64,000 nt of DNA from an uncultured bacterium (GCA_963713925.1 OY970212.1:576001-640000), one strand, 5' to 3'; shown: positions 28,063 through 37,332, counted from the first letter of the stretch. Numbers and translations: made by a program. The notes: generated by a model not told the origin, from the sequence alone.

Positions 28063-29582
28063 ATTCCTTTCATAAAGGGGGTTCGTTTGAATGTATTCCA
28101 TCTGAAAGTTCGAAGTGTGCCCAAAGTGAGCCGCCATAGTAGTCTATCGGCGGAATTAAGTATCAAATCGAAGGGCGAATGTGCGATGTAGAGCACATTT
28201 TCACCTTCGATTTTTAAGTTCGATAGAACAAGTGCAATTAACTGCCTCTTTTCTTCCACTTCCGAACTTTCAAAAAGATCATACGCACGGCTTACAAGAT
28301 CCAGTACATATTTTGCAGTCGTATAGTAGTTATCTTCAGCATCTTGTAATTGGCTCATGCGAGCTGCCAATTGTGCGCTTTCATCACGGAATGATTGGTA
28401 AAATCTGTCATATTCGCTCTCAGTAATTCTCCCGCGGAGTTTATCAAGGTACAAATTATCCATCATTTTGGTTACGTTTTTTTGTTCCTTTGTGATCTTT
28501 TCATATTCCTTGTTATGGAAATCTATTTTGTTTTGATGAACTTCATCTAATGTGCCCTTTATTTCTGCAAGGATGTCAGCTGGAACTTGGAGCCTTCTAA
28601 ATACAGAACGCAGTTGTTCAGTGACCTCTTCTTCACGAAGCCATTTAGCGCCATGCTTGCCTTTATATTGGGTGCAATGGTAGTAGACATTTCCTTTTTG
28701 TTCTTCTGCGGTGATGGCACAGTCGCAGTGTGCGCAACGAAGCATGCCTCGGTATATGAAAGGCTTGCCGGCAAATTTAAACGGCTTCTTATTAAAACCT
28801 TCGCGCACTTGTTTTGCTTGGTCATAAAGGGAAGGTGAGATGATGGTTGGGTAGCGATGTGGATATTCCTTTCCTTTCACGAGCATAACGCCATGAAAGA
28901 AAGGATTTTTCAAGATTTTACCCATTTGGCTTTTGGGCCATTTCAACCCATGTTCTGAATTTATCTTTTGCACTAATACCTCAGTCGAGTAAGTGCCGGA
29001 TGCATAGAGTTCAAATATTTTTCTGATGATATGGGCTGAATATTCATCAACAATGATATCCGTTGCTCCATTTTCTCGTTTTATATTTTTATACCCAAAG
29101 GGTGCTTTTGAAAGCCATTCGCTTTTGCGGAGCTTTTGCTCTTGGGCCCTTTTAACGTTGTCACTAATGGCATCCGAATAATATTTGGCCAATCCAAGGC
29201 TGATGCTAAATTGAAACTTTTCAACGGCGGAGATGCGGCTTGTGATCACTTGCCCATCAGAGACGAAATGAAGCTCGAGTTGATCACTGAGGGCTTTGTC
29301 ATAAAGAACTGAAATTCGCTTATCAAAGACGTTTCTTGAAAGGCGATCTACTTTATCGCAGCACACGGCAATCTTTTCAGGCTGATTGATTATAAGGTCA
29401 ATAATCCCATCAAATTCAGTACGATCGTCGGTATAGGCACTTTCATCAAAGCTGTAGACTTCCTGAATGGTAAAGCCTTTGTTCTGGCAATACTTTTCGA
29501 GCCGTGCCACCTGGGCGGGCAGAGAATTGCCGGCTTCTTTTTGTTCTTCTGTGCTGACGCGCGCTATTAGGATTGCTTTCAT
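28059..29582 (-). CDS. Large serine recombinase (integrase)
   Basis: ARVSTEEQ catalytic Ser, DKVDRLSRN, recombinase domain ILKNPFFHG, Zn ribbon CAHC..YYHC, coiled coil. Confidence 0.95.
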   Translation of the reverse strand: MKAILIARVSTEEQKEAGNSLPAQVARLEKYCQNKGFTIQEVYSFDESAYTDDRTEFDGIIDLIINQPEKIAVCCDKVDRLSRNVFDKRISVLYDKALSDQLELHFVSDGQVITSRISAVEKFQFSISLGLAKYYSDAISDNVKRAQEQKLRKSEWLSKAPFGYKNIKRENGATDIIVDEYSAHIIRKIFELYASGTYSTEVLVQKINSEHGLKWPKSQMGKILKNPFFHGVMLVKGKEYPHRYPTIISPSLYDQAKQVREGFNKKPFKFAGKPFIYRGMLRCAHCDCAITAEEQKGNVYYHCTQYKGKHGAKWLREEEVTEQLRSVFRRLQVPADILAEIKGTLDEVHQNKIDFHNKEYEKITKEQKNVTKMMDNLYLDKLRGRITESEYDRFYQSFRDESAQLAARMSQLQDAEDNYYTTAKYVLDLVSRAYDLFESSEVEEKRQLIALVLSNLKIEGENVLYIAHSPFDLILNSADRLLWRLTLGTLRTFRWNTFKRTPFMKGI

Positions 29583-29769
29583 AATGATGCCTCTGCTAGA
29601 GATGAACCGTTTTATCGGCTAGCAGTGTATCATAAGCACGAGATTTCGATAGGAATTTTCGGTGGGGATGGTGGATGTTTGACACTGGTTGCTTATCATA
29701 TTAGGATTAATATTATGAGTAATTTGCGTTGTTAAATTTTATCATAAATATAATTGTAATAGGGATGCT

Positions 29770-30084
29770 ATGAAAAAAATATTGATTGCTTTTTTGGTGT
29801 TGACAATGCAAGTTGCAGTTGCAGAACTTTCTTATGATTCAAGAACGGGAAAATATTATTCGAAAAATGCACCCAGAAATATCAATCAAATCGAATACAA
29901 TGAACTTGCAGTTGTTTTTTTTAAAAGAATAAATAAAATACAGAACATTGTGCCAGGGGCTGAGATAGCAGGCGCTTTTGGAATGCTAAGAATGGTCGGA
30001 ACACCCACTGCTTTGCATTTGATTAAAGATTTAAAAGCTTGGTTCGAAGCAATAAATAACGATATGAAAGATATTGGTATATAA
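29770..30084 (+). CDS. Small hypothetical secreted protein
   Basis: Signal peptide MKKILIAFLVLTMQVAVA. Confidence 0.7.
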   Translation: MKKILIAFLVLTMQVAVAELSYDSRTGKYYSKNAPRNINQIEYNELAVVFFKRINKIQNIVPGAEIAGAFGMLRMVGTPTALHLIKDLKAWFEAINNDMKDIGI

Positions 30085-30098
30085 TCAAGGTTGCTTTC

Positions 30099-31196
30099 TT
30101 AGGATCGTGTTTTTTTAATGATAATTTTTTTGATGAAGGAAAGTGGAGATTGACTGATAGCGAGTTGGATGTCGTTTACTTCTGCCATCAGTCGAGACAA
30201 GGTTCTTTGATTTGAAACAGTAAGCATAGCTTGTAATTCTCTTATATTCAGAGCATCCATTACTTTCTTTAACCCGTAAATCTGCAACACCCGTCTCAAA
30301 CTCAGGTCAGGATTATAGAATATCAAATCGGCTAACAATGCTTTGCCGTCGGCTTTATAGTCGATTAACGTTGAACGTTTTCTTTCCACTTCATCGATGT
30401 AGTGACAGAGCACGCTTTTCGATATCGCGGGCTTGAAGAGTTTTTTAAATGAGAGATCACTCTTTATCCCGAGCTTGGTAAACAGTTGCTTCATTTTCTG
30501 CCGCTTGTTCAATCGAACTTCCATGCGCAAGACTTCTAATTTCTTTTTTCCATCAAGCGGAGGGAGGAAGTTCATTTGTATAGCATTATCTTTTTCCAGG
30601 CTTCATCTTTCGCTCTTCTTAGCCATGTGTAGATCTTTAATCTTGTCATAAAAAACCACCTCATAAGAATTACAATGCCATTTGTAGCTATGTCCTTCGT
30701 TACGGTAATCCGTTTGGTTGGTATCCAACGAGCGTTTGACGTTGGCCTCTTTTATCTTATTTATGTAATGGTAAGGGGTTGAGCCATCCGAGAGGATTAT
30801 GTTTTTTGAGTAATGGATGGTCAATACGGGTGCTTTTGCAAGTTCGGCGGTAGTTGTGACAACCCCCATGTCGGCAAGCACGGCGGCTAATTTTTCGACT
30901 AATCGATTGAAATCTTTGAATCTAAGCTCATGAAAGTTATTTCCAAAAAAGAGCTTAGGTAATGAGAGATCTATCTTGAGCATGATTTCTTGTCGGCCCG
31001 CGAGATTAGTTCTCCGAGCCAATGTAAGCCGTGGCTTATAAATGCCGGCAGCTAATTCTTTTTGTGTTGGATTTTGCTTGGATAAGATGCCCGATGTTGA
31101 TCGATCCAGCACCCACCGGGCGGATGGTTTGAACTTTTCAACATTCGTAACCTGAAAAGAATCTGAACCCAGAAGAAGAACTATCGTATCTATCAT
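30099..31196 (-). pseudogene. Phage/plasmid-type replication initiator (Rep_trans/CRI-like) interrupted by in-frame TGA at 30603-30605
   Basis: ORFs 30603-31217 and 30099-30575 are in one frame (..SER*SLEKDNAIQMN..); MIDTI start, LSLPKL.FGNN, VFYDK, LRMEVRL motifs. Confidence 0.7.
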
Positions 31197-31449
31197 GATC
31201 TGCCTTGCTATGAACAAATGCTGTGTGCATAAAAGATACCGTAGATACGGAGAAATAAAAAGGCTCGCTGCCTAAACGAGCCTTGATGGAGGTTATTTTT
31301 GTTTTAGATTTTGATTTACGAGTTGATTTGGTCTTTTTATCTTTGTTGACGCGCTTATCAACTTCCATAAGCAACATAACAAACGAAACCAAACGATTAC
31401 GATCATCGATCGACAAAGTCATTTTTATGGATTCTTTCTTCAAAGCCAT
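31138..31449 (-). CDS. Small basic protein upstream of rep
   Basis: Helical N-terminus and K-rich tail; overlaps rep start. Confidence 0.45.
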   Translation of the reverse strand: MALKKESIKMTLSIDDRNRLVSFVMLLMEVDKRVNKDKKTKSTRKSKSKTKITSIKARLGSEPFYFSVSTVSFMHTAFVHSKADHDRYDSSSSGFRFFSGYEC

Positions 31450-31780
31450 AACTGCTTTCAGAGATATAAAATGTAGAGCTTATAAAGCTCACAATAACGT
31501 ATATTAATAAATTGGATGATGGGTGGATGAATCTTAGCTCTGTGTGAGACTATATTCGCGCCATAAAAAGAACAGACACGGTTTGTGGGCTGTAGTGACG
31601 TGCGATTGGTTCATTGTTATCTCCTTGGTGTCGATGCTTTTACTACTTCGAAGAAATAATAACGAGGAATATTGATAAAATCAAGCGGAAAACTTTTGTT
31701 TTATCCCATTGCGTCTTCTTGTTTTGTTACTTACCTTGTACTTAATATTGAATTAATCTATTTCAAAAAAGAGGTTTTTA

Positions 31781-32482
31781 ATGAAGAAAATTAACATGGC
31801 TCATTTGGAAGAAGCTTTTTTGTTACAGCAGTATGCGGAGGATCGAAAAATAATTTTTGAAAACCCAAGAGAGCGAGTGAAAGAGAATCAATTGCGTAAA
31901 GGCCAAAGTATACCGGATGCTATTATTCCTGAATTAAATGAGTGGGTTGAGCTTACCACTTTTTCTCGAAGTGAGAGAATGCGCTCACTGATCGGAGAAA
32001 TAAGAAAGTATCCAGATAGATTTCAAAACATGAGGTATATTCCAGGATACTTATTTGGAGATTTTAGGCCATTAGAAGTAGAAGCATATAATGCTATCGT
32101 TAGGAAAAATAGCAAGGACTATAGTCAATTTTCTTCCTTAGCAGGCTTGTCACAGAATGGCATTCTTTTACTTCGATTTGTGAATATTGATCCTTTTCAT
32201 GATATCAAAGAGTACAATAAATTAATTAGTATTTTGAGTGATGAAATAGTTTTATTTACCCGGGGAGTGCATCAAAGCCAATTTTGCCAAATTGTGTTTG
32301 GCGCATATGTTTGCGACAGAGGAGTTTGGCAAACAAAATTTACAGTGGTTGCCGATAAGGATAAAATGGCAAGACTTAGAAACCGAAATGTAAATGAAGA
32401 AAAAATATTAAATGAAATTAGAATTAGGCACATTCAATTAGCGGAGAAGAATTCGTTATATTCCAATAATCGTAATATTTAA
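31781..32482 (+). CDS. Hypothetical protein
   Basis: 233-aa AT-rich ORF with GAGG RBS. Confidence 0.7.
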   Translation: MKKINMAHLEEAFLLQQYAEDRKIIFENPRERVKENQLRKGQSIPDAIIPELNEWVELTTFSRSERMRSLIGEIRKYPDRFQNMRYIPGYLFGDFRPLEVEAYNAIVRKNSKDYSQFSSLAGLSQNGILLLRFVNIDPFHDIKEYNKLISILSDEIVLFTRGVHQSQFCQIVFGAYVCDRGVWQTKFTVVADKDKMARLRNRNVNEEKILNEIRIRHIQLAEKNSLYSNNRNI

Positions 32483-32524
32483 TGACTCATACACTCTTTG
32501 AATAAGCTGTAATTCAGGAGAGAA
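32483..32524. repeat. Truncated copy of recombinase-tail/att repeat
   Basis: TGACTCATACACTCTTTGAATAAGCTGTAATTCAGGAGAGAA, near-identical to 34204-34245. Confidence 0.85.
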
Positions 32525-33347
32525 GGCGTGAACTATACCAGAAACCATGGCTTTTAATCCGTGGGGCATTTTTATGATGGGCACAATACTTACCTTCTTT
32601 TACTAATTCATCTGAAATTTTTATCCATGACTTCTTAGACAGATATCCATCTTTATCGGTTTCATTCTCGGTATCTGATTTGATAAAACTTTTCTCACGT
32701 ACACACTGAGCGCATGCGGAAAGATAAGCAGCCTCTGTGTCGGCTCGTTTTTCCTGATAACGATTTAGCAGCTTACTTATTGCATATGAATTGACTAATG
32801 TAAATAGACCCGTCAGTGCCATCTTCGTATTTGATAAATTTGTATTGTCTCCACGATTATCAAAAAGAGTTTTTTCTAGCAAAGAATCCGTGGCATAGCA
32901 TAACAAAGGCACAGTGAATAACGCAATAAGGAGACTTGATCCCCTATCACCATACTTAACATGCGTCGCTTCATGAAACAGGGTTGTTTTTTGTTCTGCA
33001 TAAGAGAAAGTGTCCCAGTCAGATCCTAGATAAACAGCATCTGCGCGCGCCTGTGCTATATTTTTTGTGGGCGATGATGTGTGGTATAAAGGCAACTGTT
33101 TTCTTTTGGGGATACCATGAACATCTTGTATTTCTTCCCATAGTTTTTGTAATTCGGGAGAAACTGGCTTCCCTTTTGACCTCACTAAGCGCTCAATAGG
33201 GGCGGCTCCGTATTTACTAAATAAATAGACCGGCTCTGATCGACCAAACGCGCCAAAAGCTTTGTCAAACCATGTTGGTTGTGGTTGAGCTAAAACAAGC
33301 ATGGGTAAGCCGAGAATGACACGGAAAAGAATTTTTGGGATCTTCAT
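32514..33347 (-). CDS. Secreted/membrane zinc metallopeptidase (M48-like)
   Basis: HEATH motif, two TM helices, downstream EKRAD. Confidence 0.75.
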   Translation of the reverse strand: MKIPKILFRVILGLPMLVLAQPQPTWFDKAFGAFGRSEPVYLFSKYGAAPIERLVRSKGKPVSPELQKLWEEIQDVHGIPKRKQLPLYHTSSPTKNIAQARADAVYLGSDWDTFSYAEQKTTLFHEATHVKYGDRGSSLLIALFTVPLLCYATDSLLEKTLFDNRGDNTNLSNTKMALTGLFTLVNSYAISKLLNRYQEKRADTEAAYLSACAQCVREKSFIKSDTENETDKDGYLSKKSWIKISDELVKEGKYCAHHKNAPRIKSHGFWYSSRLLS

Positions 33348-33586
33348 GAAAACCTCTCATTTATAACCATTCTTAAACATTTTCTATTATAATATATTAT
33401 ACCAGATTTACCCATAAAAACAACCGCTGCCCACTAAAAATCAGCCCTTAATGCGAATGTTTACTACAGTAATTCAGGGGAAAACGCTATAAAACACCTC
33501 AAATTTATCGTTTTTCATTATTGACAAACTGAAATATATTGGTATTCTGGGAATATACATAAAACTTAAAACTAATGGAGATTTCT

Positions 33587-34045
33587 ATGAAAAAACAAAT
33601 AATTTTTCTTATTCTTGGATGCCTGTTTACTATTTTTCAATCACAAGCGATGATGCACCGAGCATTCGGTAGACAAATGGTTCAAAAAATGGGCGCATCT
33701 TTAAAGGCAAACACGAGAGCTTTTTATTCAAAAAATGGACAAGTCAGCGAGCAAACAAACGAAAGAATAGTTCACATTCTCGCAAAAGGTATGCAGGGAA
33801 TTAGTGGAATATTGGGTGGAAGCGTAATACAGTTTCTCGGTTCGCCTTCAATGCAGGCTTGTGTGAATGATAAATCAAACCTTATTTACTTTCTGCTTGC
33901 CATGCCGCCAGCTGCGGCAGCTGTAACCGGAGGTCTTCCTGGTTTGATCGCTTTTTCAACATTATACGCATTACCGGCTTATGCAGTACATGACGCGTAC
34001 AAAAAAGAAAAGAAACAATTACTAGAAAGCAGGAAAAATAGTTGA
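33587..34045 (+). CDS. Small secreted protein with basic N-terminal extension and Gly/Ala-rich TM helices
   Basis: Signal peptide ending QSQA; GGAG RBS; TTGACA at 33521; downstream hairpin. Confidence 0.75.
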   Translation: MKKQIIFLILGCLFTIFQSQAMMHRAFGRQMVQKMGASLKANTRAFYSKNGQVSEQTNERIVHILAKGMQGISGILGGSVIQFLGSPSMQACVNDKSNLIYFLLAMPPAAAAVTGGLPGLIAFSTLYALPAYAVHDAYKKEKKQLLESRKNS

Positions 34046-34162
34046 TTTTAAAATTAACTTAACAAATAACTTTTTGAATAGAATAAGCTCCTATGTTCAT
34101 TTTTTGAATATAGGAGCTTTCTAATTGTGGAGAACGACAATGCTTTTAAACCACGATACAAG

Positions 34163-34479
34163 TATCTATGGTCTTATGCAAAGCTTTGTTACTTTAACCC
34201 CAGTGATTCATATACTCTTTGAATAAGCTGTAGTTCAGGAGAGAATGTAACTTCTCCGTTTCGAAACATGTCTACTAAGTGCCGCCATCCTACGCATAAA
34301 GCTACGGATGGCAGGCCATTCAGTAATGATGTAAGAGCAAAAAAATATATAGTACAAATGAGCGTAGGATGGCCTTCGAAGCACTTAAAGGTGCGAAGTA
34401 GGACTGAGTTATATACGCCACACGGTATTAATAATTTATTAATTAAAAAAGGTCGCTTTCAAAGCGACCTTTTTTAATT
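34163..34479. repeat. att-like junction block: orphan recombinase C-terminal tail (34189-34287, minus), CCGCCA core, family C repeat pair, palindromic terminator
   Basis: Minus strand reads WRHLVDMFRNGEVTFSPELQLIQRVYESLGLK*; paralogous to 37127-37332. Confidence 0.8.
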
Positions 34480-34576
34480 ATCTTAGATATAAGGTATTAT
34501 GGGATCTATCAGTTATAGAGCTTAGCGCAATCCCTGGCGCGCCAAGGGGCCACACTTTTATTAAACAATAAAGAAG

Positions 34577-35128
34577 TTAATCCCAATCATTGTCTGCAGC
34601 GAACAGCTCAAATGGATAACCAACTTTTTTATATACTTCACGCATTTCCAGCTGCATCTTGCTAAAATGGCCAGGTGCATATTTATCCTGCAAGGCGATA
34701 TAATCTTTCATGAATGCTTTTGAAGATCTATCTCCATGGTGTTTAGCTGCCAATGCATCTGCCTCTGCAATGAATGCCGGGGAGCCAAACTTACTTGTTT
34801 CCTTTGAGTTTTTGGCCATTGTTGGAGCAAGTGCTTCAGTCAATCGAGAAAAATTCTCTGTGCCCGGCGCCCATTCCTCAAGCACACGTTTTTTATCCGG
34901 ATCAGCCTTGGCTGCTGCATGTTTTTCAGCACTTATATTCATCAAGGTTTCATTAGCATTCAGCGTTATGCTTGAAGCCTTTTCCTCCTCGACCGGCGTA
35001 ATGATGAGCGACTTGCCATCCGTCTTGAACTTCACTACCGATCCCTCCTGCATATTAAGCAATTCCATGATTGCTCGATCAAGGATTAAGGCATTGCTAT
35101 TGCCATATTTGACCAATTTCTTTAGCAT
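34577..35128 (-). CDS. AbrB/MazE/SpoVT DNA-binding domain protein
   Basis: KKLVKYGNSNALILDRAIMELL..GKSLIITP. Confidence 0.85.
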   Translation of the reverse strand: MLKKLVKYGNSNALILDRAIMELLNMQEGSVVKFKTDGKSLIITPVEEEKASSITLNANETLMNISAEKHAAAKADPDKKRVLEEWAPGTENFSRLTEALAPTMAKNSKETSKFGSPAFIAEADALAAKHHGDRSSKAFMKDYIALQDKYAPGHFSKMQLEMREVYKKVGYPFELFAADNDWD

Positions 35129-35288
35129 GTTAGCTCCTTAAAAAATAAGGTCGGTTAAACATTTATATGACATAATATTATACAATGTTATTACATTGTC
35201 AAATAAAAGTTCTGCTATCTATATAGACAAAAACATCAAAAATAGTACTCTGGAAATAGGGATTTTTTCTTATCAGTTAGGGATTTTC

Positions 35289-35957
35289 ATGAAAAATTTA
35301 TTATTAGGTTTATTGTTTGTTTCAACTGCTTTCTGCTCAGAACAACAATCGGTTAGGATTGTTGATTATGAGCCATCGCATAAGGATGCTGCGATGGAGA
35401 TTTTCTTTCAAGATCCAGAGCTGCTTTTTGGTGGAAGTCAATTGGTCACCATGGGTATTTGGACCATGGAGCAATTTAATAGTGAGAACAGAAAAGTTAT
35501 GGAAACAATTTTGGCTGATCCGCTCAGAATAAAAAGAATTGCGATCGATTCAGGAAAGATAGCTGGGTTTATCAACTTCTGCAAAACAAAAGAGCACAGT
35601 TTGGAATCATTAAAAAGACAAGCAGCATTTTCGTTGACGCCGGAGCAAGAAGCACAATTTGTTGTTATGAATCCTTATTTAAAGAAAACGGATGCTGAGT
35701 GCGAGATTTTTGCAAAAATTGAAACGGTAGCAGTTTCTAGGGATTTCAGACGTCGCGGACATGCAAGAACTTTAATCAAAAATTCAATTGATTATATCAA
35801 ACAAAATTGGCCGATGATTCATCGAGTTGAGCTTGATGTGAATGCAGTCAATGAAAATGCAAAAAAGTTATATGAATCTGAAGGTTTTAAACAATCTGTA
35901 ATTCAGCCACAACGTCTAGTTATGATGCAAGCTGTCCAATACGAAAAAGCTCTATAA
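35289..35957 (+). CDS. GNAT acetyltransferase with signal peptide
   Basis: AVSRDFRRRGHA, LDVNAVNENAKKLYESEGF. Confidence 0.9.
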   Translation: MKNLLLGLLFVSTAFCSEQQSVRIVDYEPSHKDAAMEIFFQDPELLFGGSQLVTMGIWTMEQFNSENRKVMETILADPLRIKRIAIDSGKIAGFINFCKTKEHSLESLKRQAAFSLTPEQEAQFVVMNPYLKKTDAECEIFAKIETVAVSRDFRRRGHARTLIKNSIDYIKQNWPMIHRVELDVNAVNENAKKLYESEGFKQSVIQPQRLVMMQAVQYEKAL

Positions 35958-36012
35958 AATTTATTAAAGAGTCGATCTTTTTTTCTAATATCTTATTGTG
36001 TTTGGGGATATA

Positions 36013-37059
36013 ATGTTTGTAATCAGAATCATTCAAGTCAAAATAATTATTTTTATGGCTTTTTTGTGCATTTCTACCAATACTGAATGCTTTATCAATA
36101 AAGTCTCTGTATGGAAGATTGGTGATAAATACATGTTTAATTGTCATGATGTTCACAATTATTCTGAAAAATTAAATAAAGATCAGATTGATAAATTTCA
36201 AGAGATCATTCCGCAACTTGATGATGCATTATTGATTATTGAAAATCAGCCAATATCTGCTCAAGAATATAGATCCCACAATCTATTTAACACAGCAGCA
36301 GAAATTCAAGATTTATTTTTGAAGAGATCGTTTACCATCCAAGAAGCTGATTTTAGGCAGAAACAATCATGGTCTTCTCATAGATGTCTTCAATCAATTT
36401 CGTTTGATAATAATAGATTAAATGACCTAGATAAAGAGTTAATTGAGCGTGGTTTGACTACAAAAGCGATAGCACGAGAATTTGAAGATGCTTTTAACCA
36501 AGTTAAACACATGATTGACAGTGTGTTATCTCAACAAAAGATATCATCGGCAATGGGGCAAATGCTTCATCAGACATGCGAGAACACTAAGCTTTTTTGG
36601 GGTAAAGAGTTGGAAGCATGGAAGGAATTTGATGGTTCACTACTTCAGTATTGTTTAAAAAATGATTGCTTTACGCAAGAATATCTAGTTAATTCGTTGA
36701 ATTTTTCAAGACACATTTTAGATATCAAGATGTTTCTTTCGGTGATTACGTCAGATAGAATGATGATTTTCGTAACAGCAGGATCCGCGCATTCTCAGAC
36801 TATAGAGTATTTTTTGAAATGTGCACGAGCTACAGAACTCTCAAGTGAAGGGAAAGAATTTCCTCTGGATGGTCTCAGATTGCCATCAGATATCCCAGTT
36901 GAAAAAGTTCCTCGCTATACGATGACAGCCGACGAGCTGTATTTGAAAACAGGTGAACAAATTCATCCTGTATCGGCTCAATTTTTTAATGGTCTAATTA
37001 ATCCGGAGTTCTATAAAGCTCCCTCATTGTGGTCACGATTAATTAGTTTTTTCGTGTGA
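36013..37059 (+). CDS. Hypothetical secreted protein (possible TraB/Tiki-like metalloenzyme)
   Basis: N-terminal HDVH, IIE, C-terminal FVTAGSAH. Confidence 0.55.
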   Translation: MFVIRIIQVKIIIFMAFLCISTNTECFINKVSVWKIGDKYMFNCHDVHNYSEKLNKDQIDKFQEIIPQLDDALLIIENQPISAQEYRSHNLFNTAAEIQDLFLKRSFTIQEADFRQKQSWSSHRCLQSISFDNNRLNDLDKELIERGLTTKAIAREFEDAFNQVKHMIDSVLSQQKISSAMGQMLHQTCENTKLFWGKELEAWKEFDGSLLQYCLKNDCFTQEYLVNSLNFSRHILDIKMFLSVITSDRMMIFVTAGSAHSQTIEYFLKCARATELSSEGKEFPLDGLRLPSDIPVEKVPRYTMTADELYLKTGEQIHPVSAQFFNGLINPEFYKAPSLWSRLISFFV

Positions 37060-37126
37060 ATGATTAAATAAAGAGAGTCAGTAATCCTTTTCGACCAATA
37101 GTTACGAACCGTTTTGGCGGTACAAT

Positions 37127-37332
37127 TATCTATGGTCTCATAAAAAAGCTTGGTTACTCCTGGTGACTCATAGACTCTTTGAATAAGCTGTAATTCAGAA
37201 AAAAATAATACTTGTCCGAAGCATGTTTACTAAGTGCAGCAGTCTTCGCTTATCCGGGTCTTCCGACTCGGCAAGCTACGCCCTGGCTGTCGCCATAGTA
37301 AAAATAAAAGGTCGCTTTCAAAGCGACCTTTT
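37127..37332. repeat. Degenerate second att-like junction block
   Basis: TATCTATGGTCT..ACTCTTTGAATAAGCTGTAATTCAG..CATGTTTACTAAGTGC, family C repeat, identical AAAAGGTCGCTTTCAAAGCGACCTTTT. Confidence 0.8.

Larger units (their letters stand above)
25372..37241. mobile_element. Tandem array of integrative units at tRNA-Asp (serine recombinase dependent)
   Basis: CCGCCAT at 25366, 28131 and 34282, degenerate core near 37236; recombinase, Rep, toxin-immunity and orphan cargo in between. Confidence 0.7.

Noticed and set aside
30603..30605. TGA recoding (genetic code 4/25 or selenocysteine) in rep
   Set aside because: Conserved genes here end normally at TGA (e.g. gatA) and show no internal TGA; a point nonsense mutation is simpler.
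28059..34287. Prophage
   Set aside because: No capsid, terminase, tail or Zot-like assembly ATPase gene is recognisable; only recombinase, Rep and cargo.
32483..37332. Repeats read as a CRISPR array or integron attC sites
   Set aside because: Copies are kilobases apart with genes between them; no cas genes, no tyrosine integrase IntI, and no RYYYAAC..GTTRRRY bottom-strand hairpins.
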